Below are positions 15,127-22,565 of a stretch of DNA of 38,822 nucleotides, piece after piece. Positions within the stretch are counted from its first letter, which is position 1. Every line of letters begins with the position of its first letter. This stretch comes from a virus (Duplodnaviria; Caudoviricetes). The notes under the pieces were generated by a model. The model worked only from the letters and a program-made list of their open reading frames with translations, was not told the DNA's origin and ran no database searches. The DNA lies in the IMG/VR virus record IMGVR_UViG_3300030090_004705, positions 1 to 38,822 of that record; one strand, 5' to 3'. The position numbers and the translations under genes were made by a program.

Positions 15127-15354
15127 ATGGAGCTGCAGGACTTACTAAGTGAATTGCACGAGGGATTAGCGCAGCACTTGAAAGAAAAGCTGGATGAGGG
15201 AACGATCAGCACAAGTGAATTAAATGTGCTGCGGCAGTTCTTGAAGGACAATCAAATCAGTGCTCAGCCTGCGGAAGGGACACCGTTTGGTGATCTGGCC
15301 AAGGCATTGCCTGATATTGAAAACGTGGTGAGCTTCAAGCGGCGGGTTAGTTAA
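15127..15354 (+). CDS. terS: Terminase small subunit (T7 gp18-like)
   Basis: LSELHEGLA...SELNVLRQFLKDNQI pattern and TAATG coupling to terL. Confidence 0.8.
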   Translation: MELQDLLSELHEGLAQHLKEKLDEGTISTSELNVLRQFLKDNQISAQPAEGTPFGDLAKALPDIENVVSFKRRVS

Positions 15355-17081
15355 TGAAGAAGACGGCATGGCAGCCGCTGCCGGAACCATTTGACAAAGA
15401 CTTCCGGTATTTCCTGGTGGTGGTGTGGCGGCATCTGCAGTTGCCGGATCCGACACCAGTGCAGCTGGACATTGCGGAGTACATGCAGCAGGGGCCGAAG
15501 CGGCGGATTGTTGAGGCGTTCCGCGGTGTGGGCAAGAGCTGGATGGCTGCGGCTTACACGCTGTGGCTGTTGAGGAATGACCCGCAGAAAAAGATCATGG
15601 TGGTGTCAGCCAGCAAGGTGCGGGCTGATGACTTTGCGCAGTTCTGCCTGCGGTTGATTCGGGAGATGCCGTTGCTCCAGTGCCTGGAGCCAGATCGTGA
15701 TGACCAGCGCAGTGCAAGCAATCGCTTTGACGTGCGTCCCGCCATACCGGACCAGAGTCCGTCGGTGAAGTCCGTAGGGGTCTTTGGCCAGCTGACCGGA
15801 AGCCGGGCCGACCTGATTCTTGCTGATGACACCGAGGTTCCGAACACCAGCTGGACTGTCGGCATGCGGGAGAAGCTGATCTCCTGCGTCGGTGAGTTCA
15901 ACGCCATCCTGAAACCAGGGGGCGAGATCATGATGCTGGGCACGCCCCAGACAGAGGAGAGCGTCTACAACAAGCTGCGCATGCGCGGCTACGACTGCCG
16001 CATCTGGCCAGCTAGGTATCCCGAAAAGCCGGCCAAGTACGGCGATGCCCTGGCGCCAATGATCCTGGAGGGCTGTGACAGCAGCCCAAACAAGCCGACA
16101 GACCCTGGCAGGTTTTCTGACTTGGACCTGCTGGAGCGTGAAGCGTCCTATGGCCGATCGCAGTTCACTCTGCAGTTCCAGCTGGATACCACCCTGTCTG
16201 ACCTGCAGCGCTTTCCGCTGCGTGTCTCTGACCTCATGGTGCTGGAGGTCGACGACCACGTCCCCGAAAAGGTGGTGTGGTCAGCAGGAGCGGAGTACCG
16301 CATCACAGATCTGCCGTCAGTCGGCTTCAGCGGCGACTACTACTACCGGCCAGCGTTCATCCACGGCGACTGGCTGGAACTTGATGGCTGCGTCATGTTC
16401 GTTGACCCTTCAGGCAAGGGCACTGACGAGACGGCCTATGCGATCGTCGGCCAGCTCAACGGCAACCTGTACGTCCTAGAGGTTGGTGCGTACACCGATG
16501 GCTACTCAGACGAGGTCCTAGAGGGCCTGGCAAAGGCCGCAAAGCGCCGTCAGGTGACATTGATCCTGCTGGAGGACCAGTTTGGTCAGGGCATGCTGCA
16601 GAGCCTGCTGCAGCCCTTTCTGCGCAAGTACCACCCCTGCACGATTGAGCCAGTGCGGAGCAACATGCAGAAGGAACGGCGCATCATCAATGCGCTGGAG
16701 CCGGTGATGAACCAGCACCGCCTGGTGGTCAACCGCTCAGTCATTGAGCGCGACAGTCGCAGCAGGGACGACGAGTCGATTGAAACAGCGCTGGCCTACC
16801 AGTTGTTCCATCAACTGACGCATATTACGGTCGAAAGAAATTGCTTACAGCATGACGACCGCCTCGACGCCCTGGCGGGGGCTATTCAGTACTGGAATGA
16901 GTCGCTGGCTATTGATGAAGATCGAGCAATTAAGGAGCGCCAGGCCGAGCTATGGGACCTCGAAATGGAAGCGTATATGGGAAACATTCAGGGGGCGTTG
17001 GACGCAAAGGTATTGGGGATACCCTTGGATCAGATGGGACGCTCAGATGCAGAAGAGTGGATCCAGCTCGCAGGTCGCTAA
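15354..17081 (+). CDS. terL: Terminase large subunit (T7 gp19-like)
   Basis: AFRGVGKSW, GSRADLILADDTE, LGTPQ, FVDPSGKGTDET and HDDRLDALA. Confidence 0.96.
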   Translation: MKKTAWQPLPEPFDKDFRYFLVVVWRHLQLPDPTPVQLDIAEYMQQGPKRRIVEAFRGVGKSWMAAAYTLWLLRNDPQKKIMVVSASKVRADDFAQFCLRLIREMPLLQCLEPDRDDQRSASNRFDVRPAIPDQSPSVKSVGVFGQLTGSRADLILADDTEVPNTSWTVGMREKLISCVGEFNAILKPGGEIMMLGTPQTEESVYNKLRMRGYDCRIWPARYPEKPAKYGDALAPMILEGCDSSPNKPTDPGRFSDLDLLEREASYGRSQFTLQFQLDTTLSDLQRFPLRVSDLMVLEVDDHVPEKVVWSAGAEYRITDLPSVGFSGDYYYRPAFIHGDWLELDGCVMFVDPSGKGTDETAYAIVGQLNGNLYVLEVGAYTDGYSDEVLEGLAKAAKRRQVTLILLEDQFGQGMLQSLLQPFLRKYHPCTIEPVRSNMQKERRIINALEPVMNQHRLVVNRSVIERDSRSRDDESIETALAYQLFHQLTHITVERNCLQHDDRLDALAGAIQYWNESLAIDEDRAIKERQAELWDLEMEAYMGNIQGALDAKVLGIPLDQMGRSDAEEWIQLAGR

Positions 17082-17283
17082 GCCAAAGCCTTACGTCGTG
17101 CGGCTGCCTTCCGGTTTCCTGGGAGAGTGGGGTGGCATGGCCAAAGGTGGCTACCAGACAGTCGTGCTGGCCAAAAGCGCAGAGGATGCGTTTGAAGTAG
17201 CCAGCCTGTGCGACTGCTGGGAGCAGCTACCGTTCGACGTCGAAGGCTGTCAGGTATTTCCAAAGGATCCGTATGCGCGATGA
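17047..17283 (+). CDS. Hypothetical protein (start uncertain)
   Basis: Fills the gap between terL and the next gene. The 3' part of ORF 16852..17283 (YVVRLP...TVVLAKSAEDAFEVA) looks protein-like. Confidence 0.5.
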   Translation: MQKSGSSSQVAKPKPYVVRLPSGFLGEWGGMAKGGYQTVVLAKSAEDAFEVASLCDCWEQLPFDVEGCQVFPKDPYAR

Positions 17284-17455
17284 AAGCGATTGGCCAGGGT
17301 TGGATGAATCAATCCTGAGGCGTCTCGACGAGCAGTACCCAGAGAAATGTCCAGAAGCGGACTGGACTGATCGGCAGATATGGATTTATGTGGGGCAACG
17401 CAGTGTGGTTCGCATGTTGCGTGCCGTTTATTCTGAGCAAATCAACGAGGAGTAA
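17273..17455 (+). CDS. Small conserved podovirus protein upstream of portal
   Basis: LDEQYPEKCP...YVGQRSVVRML motif, and AAGGA upstream of the ATG. Confidence 0.7.
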   Translation: MRDESDWPGLDESILRRLDEQYPEKCPEADWTDRQIWIYVGQRSVVRMLRAVYSEQINEE

Positions 17456-17457
17456 CC

Positions 17458-17886
17458 ATGTGCGGTGGTGGCGGAGGCGGCGGTAACGACAGAGCGCAGC
17501 AGCGTCGCCATGAAGAGCAGATGGCTCTGCAGCGTGAGCAAATGGCTGAGCAAAAGCGTCAGTTTGAGCTGCAGCTCCAGCAACAACAGCAGCGCTACGA
17601 AGAACAGCGTGCAGCTGCAATGGCCGCGCCGGCTCCCGCTCCCAACCCAATTGCAGAGGCGACAGCGGCCTCTGCGCCCGTAGCTGCGGAAGTGGCACCT
17701 ACGGCAACACCTGCTCCTCCGTCAGCTACGGATCCTTTGTACGCCCCTAACGAAACAGCAGGTGGCGGCATGGAACAGCAGCAAACATTGGCTATTGCGC
17801 CTCGCGCGCAGCGTTCGGGCATGGGTCGCCGTCGCTTCCGCACCAGCGTTGCAGGTGGTTCAGGTGGTTTGTCCATCCCCGGATAA
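17458..17886 (+). CDS. Pre-portal virion/assembly protein (position of T7 gp6.7/gp7.3)
   Basis: GAGGAG SD, an MCGGGG N-terminus and a C-terminal GRRRFR...GLSIP, directly before portal. Confidence 0.65.
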   Translation: MCGGGGGGGNDRAQQRRHEEQMALQREQMAEQKRQFELQLQQQQQRYEEQRAAAMAAPAPAPNPIAEATAASAPVAAEVAPTATPAPPSATDPLYAPNETAGGGMEQQQTLAIAPRAQRSGMGRRRFRTSVAGGSGGLSIPG

Positions 17887-17890
17887 TTAG

Positions 17891-19645
17891 ATGCGCTTAA
17901 ATCTGACTAGCAAGGTCGATCGTCAGCCCAGCGATTACGGCCGTAGTGGGCGCTCAGCGGCTGCGCGCTATGAGCAGCTGCGTGGCAACCGCTCGCCGTT
18001 TTTGCAGCGCGCCCGTGATTGCAGCAAGGTCACGCTGCCTGGTCTTATCCCAGACGAGAACTACGGCGATCACGGCAGCTTCAAGACGCCATATCAAAGC
18101 CTTGGAGCCCGCGGGGTCAATTACCTGGCAAACCGCCTGCTTATCACCCTGTTTCCGCCTAACAGTGCGTTTTTTAAGCTGGAGGTTGATGGCCTCGCGT
18201 TGCGCATTGAGCAGGCAGGGCCTGAGATTAAAACCGAACTAGACAGCGCGCTGGTAAAGGTTGAGCATGCAGTGATGCAAGTAATGGAGCTGGCCAATGG
18301 CCGCGCCTCATTGCACGAAGCCTTTAAGCATTTGCTCGTCGGCGGCAACGCCCTGCTGTACGTCTCCGAAGAAGGAATACGAGTTATCCATCTGGATCGT
18401 TATGTGCTTGTGCGTGACCCTATGGGCCACGTCACTGAGATTGTGGTTGAGGAAGAGGTCTACCCAGAGGCCCTTCCCACGGGATTCATCGACTCGGAGG
18501 AGGATTATGAGGACGATGAATACGACGAAGACGAGCCGGCGCAGCGGACGCTGAAGATTTACACCTGCGTCAAGTTCTACGACGGGCAGTGCCACTGGTA
18601 TCAGGAGTGCAAGGGACGTGAGATCCCAGGCACTCATGGCATGAGCTCTGAGGAGAACAGCCCTTGGATTCCACTCCGCTTCGATCGCACGGACACCGAA
18701 GAGTACGGTCGCTCATACGTTGAGCAGTACTACGGCGACCTGCTGGCGCTGGAGTCGCTGTATCAGGCGGTCTTGGAAGGCAGTGCTGCCGCGGCCAAAA
18801 TCCTGTTTTTGGTTAACCCCAACGGCACCACCCGCCCGCGCACGCTGGCCAGTGCAGCCAATGGCGCAATCGTGCAGGGCAACGCCCAGGACGTCACAGT
18901 CGTTCAAAGCCAAAAGGGGCAAGATCTGCAGATTGCAAGCGCAACAATCGACCGCATTGAGGGTCGTTTGCAGTTTGCGTTCATGCTCAACACTGCAATT
19001 CAACGCCCAGGTGAGCGCGTAACAGCGGAGGAAATCCGCTACATGAGCCAAGAACTAGAGGCGTCAATTGGCGGCCTGTATTCCATCCTGACGCAAGAGT
19101 TGCAGCTGCCGTTGGTGCGCAGGCTGATGCACATTTTGAACAAGCAACGCAAGCTGCCTGCTTTCCCGAATGGCAGCAGCGGCGAGCCACTGGTCAATCC
19201 AAAGCCTGTGACAGGTCTTGAAGCCATTGGCCGCGGCGATGACCGCAACAAGCTGATTGAGTTCATTACAGCAGCCCAGACCACACTTGGCCCTGAGGTG
19301 ATGATGCAATACATCAACGTCGATGAGGCGTTGCGACGCCTGGCTGCTAGCGGTTCGATTGATACAACGAACTTGGTTAAAACAAAAGAACAGCTACAAC
19401 AGGAAGCGGAAGCTGCTGCACAAGCGCAGCAGCAGTCAATGGAGCAGCAACAGCTGATGGACATGATGAAGTCCCCAGCCGCTGCACAAATTGCCAAGAA
19501 CTACACCCAACCAGGAGCTACCTATGGCCCCCAGTTCACGGAAGAAGGCGGAGTCCCCGGACCCCAGCCCAACGCCCTCCCAGACGCAGTCGGAGGCACC
19601 GGAATCCCTAGTGGGCCCGCCGGCATCGCCGGAGCCGCCGGCTGA
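17891..19645 (+). CDS. gp8: Portal / head-tail connector (T7 gp8-like)
   Basis: PYQSLGARGVNYLA, YGRSYVE, ERVTAEEIR, LGG-like IGGLYS, ELQLPLV and TGLEAIGRG. Confidence 0.96.
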   Translation: MRLNLTSKVDRQPSDYGRSGRSAAARYEQLRGNRSPFLQRARDCSKVTLPGLIPDENYGDHGSFKTPYQSLGARGVNYLANRLLITLFPPNSAFFKLEVDGLALRIEQAGPEIKTELDSALVKVEHAVMQVMELANGRASLHEAFKHLLVGGNALLYVSEEGIRVIHLDRYVLVRDPMGHVTEIVVEEEVYPEALPTGFIDSEEDYEDDEYDEDEPAQRTLKIYTCVKFYDGQCHWYQECKGREIPGTHGMSSEENSPWIPLRFDRTDTEEYGRSYVEQYYGDLLALESLYQAVLEGSAAAAKILFLVNPNGTTRPRTLASAANGAIVQGNAQDVTVVQSQKGQDLQIASATIDRIEGRLQFAFMLNTAIQRPGERVTAEEIRYMSQELEASIGGLYSILTQELQLPLVRRLMHILNKQRKLPAFPNGSSGEPLVNPKPVTGLEAIGRGDDRNKLIEFITAAQTTLGPEVMMQYINVDEALRRLAASGSIDTTNLVKTKEQLQQEAEAAAQAQQQSMEQQQLMDMMKSPAAAQIAKNYTQPGATYGPQFTEEGGVPGPQPNALPDAVGGTGIPSGPAGIAGAAG

Positions 19646-19748
19646 GTACGAAGTTATTCAGATCGGCGAAGTTCCTGAGCGCAAGGTTGTTGAGGTAGAA
19701 AAGCCTGTCGTCACTGTTGATGACGACGGCGTTATCCAGATCAAATAA
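19524..19748 (+). CDS. Small protein overlapping the portal 3' end
   Basis: AGGAG at 19513-19517 before ATG 19524. Fills the gap to the scaffold gene. Confidence 0.55.
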   Translation: MAPSSRKKAESPDPSPTPSQTQSEAPESLVGPPASPEPPAEYEVIQIGEVPERKVVEVEKPVVTVDDDGVIQIK

Positions 19749-19757
19749 GGAGAGCAC

Positions 19758-20564
19758 ATGCCTGAAGCAATTACCATCAAAAGTGATCCCGCACCCGCAA
19801 TGGCGCCTGATCAGGAGCAAGCTCCTGAAGGCGATATTCAGGTACAGGGCGAGGAGCCACTTCTTGCTGGCAAGTACAAAACCGTTGACGATCTGGTCAA
19901 GGGCTACAAGGAGCTCGAAAGCGAGCGCAACCGCCCGGAGCCAGAGCCCGAGGCAGTTGCTGAGGAAGCAGAGCCAGCCGAGCAGTCCGACGATGCTCCC
20001 GATGCCAATTCTATCTACGGGGAATACATCGGCTCACGTCTGACTGAGGCTGGAATTGACTTCCAAAACATGAACAGCCGCTGGCAGGAAACTGGCCAGC
20101 TGTCTGACGACGACTACAACGAGCTCGGCAATGCTGGCTTTGGCCGTGACATGGTCGACGCCTATCTGTCTGGCTTGCAGTTCCAGCAATCGCAGGACTC
20201 TGCGCTGGCTGCACAGCAAGTTATGCAGATTAAATCTGAGTTTGGTGGCGAGCAGGCCTATCAGGACATGATCCAGTGGGCCGGCGAAAACCTGTCAGAA
20301 GGCGAGCAAAAGGCTTTTAACAAGTCGATTGCTTCTAGCGACATGGACCAGGTCCGCTTTGCAGTTGCTGGCCTACAGAGCCGCTACTCATCACAGACCG
20401 GCGTTGAGCCGCGTCTTGTTGGTGGTCGCTCCTCTCGCAGTAGCGAGGCCAAGTTTGAGTCAACAGCTCAGCTGGTTGAAGCAATGCAGGACCCGCGGTA
20501 CAAGACAGACCCGGCATACCGAAGAAAGCTGGAGGAAAAGCTATCTCGGTCAAACGTCTTTTAA
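19758..20564 (+). CDS. gp9: Capsid scaffolding protein (T7 gp9-like)
   Basis: Acidic. LLAGKYKT, GGEQAYQDMIQWA and AMQDPRYKTDPAYRRKLEEKLSRS. SD AAGGAG. Confidence 0.92.
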   Translation: MPEAITIKSDPAPAMAPDQEQAPEGDIQVQGEEPLLAGKYKTVDDLVKGYKELESERNRPEPEPEAVAEEAEPAEQSDDAPDANSIYGEYIGSRLTEAGIDFQNMNSRWQETGQLSDDDYNELGNAGFGRDMVDAYLSGLQFQQSQDSALAAQQVMQIKSEFGGEQAYQDMIQWAGENLSEGEQKAFNKSIASSDMDQVRFAVAGLQSRYSSQTGVEPRLVGGRSSRSSEAKFESTAQLVEAMQDPRYKTDPAYRRKLEEKLSRSNVF

Positions 20565-20589
20565 GATGTAGGTCGAGCATGAAGAGGGG

Positions 20590-20614
20590 CCCCTGGTTTA
20601 CCCAGGGGTTTTTT
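20590..20614 (+). terminator. Intrinsic terminator-like hairpin between scaffold and capsid genes
   Basis: CCCCTGG-tttac-CCAGGGG followed by TTTTTT. Confidence 0.7.
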
Positions 20615-20726
20615 CTTGGGTATATTTCTGTTACCTAGACCCTCTCACGGAAGCTCTGGCCCTCTGCGGAGGACACCCTTTGTGAAGGTGGTGGTGACAG
20701 GTAGTAAAACCTATTAGACACAAACT

Positions 20727-21692
20727 GTGGCTAACTTCACCGCTTCCAGGCTTGGCCTGGTCAACAACACTGGCACCGGCTACGACGCACTTTTTCTGAA
20801 GGTGTTCGCAGGGGAGGTACTTTCTGCCTTCCGTAAAAATACAATCTTCGAAAATCTGCACGTTTCTCGTACTATTGCATCAGGCAAAAGTGCGCAGTTT
20901 CCAATTATTGGCCTTAGCTCAACTTCATATCATACGCCTGGCACCCAACTGACAGGTAACGCCATCAAGCACGCAGAAGCAACTGTGCTAATTGATGACA
21001 AGCTGGTGAGCAATGTCTTCATCGCAGATATTGATGAAGCCAAGAATCACTACGACGTTCGCTCTGAGTATTCAACTCAGATGGGTAACGCTCTGGCCTA
21101 CACTTTTGACCAGAACGTTGCAGCAATGATCGCCAAAGCTGCTCGTACCACTACGAACTTCAACACTGACCTGCCTGGTGGTTCTGCGGTCAACATCACT
21201 CCTTCCTCTTCTAACAAAGCAAACATTACGGGCGCACAACTTGCGACTGCATTGTTCTCTGCTGCGCAGAAGATGGACGAGAACTCGGTCCCCGAGGACG
21301 ATCGCTACTGTGCATTAGCGCCCCGCGAATACTACAAATTGGTCCAAGAAACCAATGTAATTAACCGCGATTGGGGCGGCCAAGGTGCATACGCCGAAGG
21401 CACCGTGCTGAAGGTTGCCGGCATCTCGATTGTTAAAACCAATCACCTGCCGACCACTAACCGTTCAGCAGCTACCGGCGAAAACAACAACTACGCCGCC
21501 AACTTCACTAACAACGTCGGCCTGGTGTTCAACCGCCAAGCTGTCGGCACCGTGAAGCTGATGGACCTGAAGATGGAGCAAACCGGGGCCGACGTGCATG
21601 CTCTTTACCAGGGCACGTTTATGGTCGGATCCATGGCTTGTGGTACAGGTGTACTACGTCCTGATTGCGCAGTTGAGATCACTTTCAGCTGA
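20727..21692 (+). CDS. gp10: Major capsid protein (T7 gp10-like)
   Basis: ALFLKVFAGEVLSAF, RTIASGKSAQFP, HYDVRSEYSTQMGNALA and GVLRPDCA. GTG start. Confidence 0.96.
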   Translation: MANFTASRLGLVNNTGTGYDALFLKVFAGEVLSAFRKNTIFENLHVSRTIASGKSAQFPIIGLSSTSYHTPGTQLTGNAIKHAEATVLIDDKLVSNVFIADIDEAKNHYDVRSEYSTQMGNALAYTFDQNVAAMIAKAARTTTNFNTDLPGGSAVNITPSSSNKANITGAQLATALFSAAQKMDENSVPEDDRYCALAPREYYKLVQETNVINRDWGGQGAYAEGTVLKVAGISIVKTNHLPTTNRSAATGENNNYAANFTNNVGLVFNRQAVGTVKLMDLKMEQTGADVHALYQGTFMVGSMACGTGVLRPDCAVEITFS

Positions 21693-21704
21693 CCGTATCC
21701 TGAA

Positions 21705-21726
21705 GGGGCCTACGGGCCCCTTTTTT
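21705..21726 (+). terminator. Terminator after capsid gene (T-phi position)
   Basis: GGGGCC-tacg-GGCCCC followed by TTTTTT. Confidence 0.85.
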
Positions 21727-21739
21727 ATTGGAGACCACC

Positions 21740-21802
21740 ATGCACAAGAAAGGTTCTAAGGGCCACAAAGGTGGCAAAGGCGGCAAGAAGAAGGGCTACT
21801 GA
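21740..21802 (+). CDS. 20-aa Lys/Gly-rich peptide
   Basis: GGAG SD. Sequence MHKKGSKGHKGGKGGKKKGY, with TGATG coupling to the next ORF. Confidence 0.55.
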   Translation: MHKKGSKGHKGGKGGKKKGY

Positions 21803-21951
21803 TGGCACCTAAAAAACGCGGCTTGTACGCCAACATTCACGCTAAACGCAAGCGCGGCGAGGCTCCTCGCAAGCCCGGCAGCCCAGGTGCGCCCACTGAC
21901 AAAGCGTTTCGCGATTCAGCAAAAACAGCCAAAAAGAGAAAAAAGAAGTAA
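21802..21951 (+). CDS. 49-aa highly basic protein
   Basis: MAPKKRGLYANIHAKRKRGEAPRKPGSPGAPTDKAFRDSAKTAKKRKKK. The GLYANIHAKR...GAPT motif is familiar from marine phages. Confidence 0.75.
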   Translation: MAPKKRGLYANIHAKRKRGEAPRKPGSPGAPTDKAFRDSAKTAKKRKKK

Positions 21952-21954
21952 CCC

Positions 21955-22563
21955 ATGGCACTCACTCGCACCAGCTTTTTAGAGGCCGTCAACCGCGTCC
22001 TGCAAATGCTGGGCGAGGCGCCGGTCAACAGCCTGCAGGGTCAGTTTGGCCTGGCCAAGCAGGCTGAAGATTCGTTGAACGATGTCAGCCGCAAGATCCA
22101 AGCAGAGGGCTGGTCGTTTAACACTGACTATGAAGTGACGCTGCAGCGCAACACCAGCAACGAGATTCCTGTTGGTGCCAGCGTCAGCCGTGTCGTCGTC
22201 AGTCCTACGGAGTACCCGGACTACGACGTCATCCAGCGTGGCGCAAAGCTGTATGACCGCCGCCGGCAGTCGTACACGTTTACGGAAGACCTCAAGGCTG
22301 ACGTCACGTCCCTGCTGACCTGGGATGACCTGCCTGAACATGCGCACCAGTACATCATGATCAAGGCTGGCCGGCAGCTGCAGGAAGCAATCCTGGGCAG
22401 CGGCGACTTGACCAAAATCAACTTGACCCAGGAGCTAGAGGCACGCAGTCAGTTCTTAGAGGAAGAGACGACGAAGAGCGAGCACAACATGCTGCGGGGC
22501 AACCCCAACATGACTAGCGCTCTGAACACCTACTTGCCTAGCCGAGCCCTCCGCCGCATCTAG
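21955..22563 (+). CDS. gp11: Tail tubular protein A (T7 gp11-like)
   Basis: LEAVNRVLQMLGEAPVNSL, QAEGWSFN and WDDLPEHAHQYI. Confidence 0.92.
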   Translation: MALTRTSFLEAVNRVLQMLGEAPVNSLQGQFGLAKQAEDSLNDVSRKIQAEGWSFNTDYEVTLQRNTSNEIPVGASVSRVVVSPTEYPDYDVIQRGAKLYDRRRQSYTFTEDLKADVTSLLTWDDLPEHAHQYIMIKAGRQLQEAILGSGDLTKINLTQELEARSQFLEEETTKSEHNMLRGNPNMTSALNTYLPSRALRRI

Positions 22564-22565
22564 TC

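Noticed and set aside
14970-15251. Minus-strand 93-aa ORF across the control region
   Set aside because: It is mostly antisense to terS and does not look protein-like. The SD-like AGGAG inside it has no following start codon.
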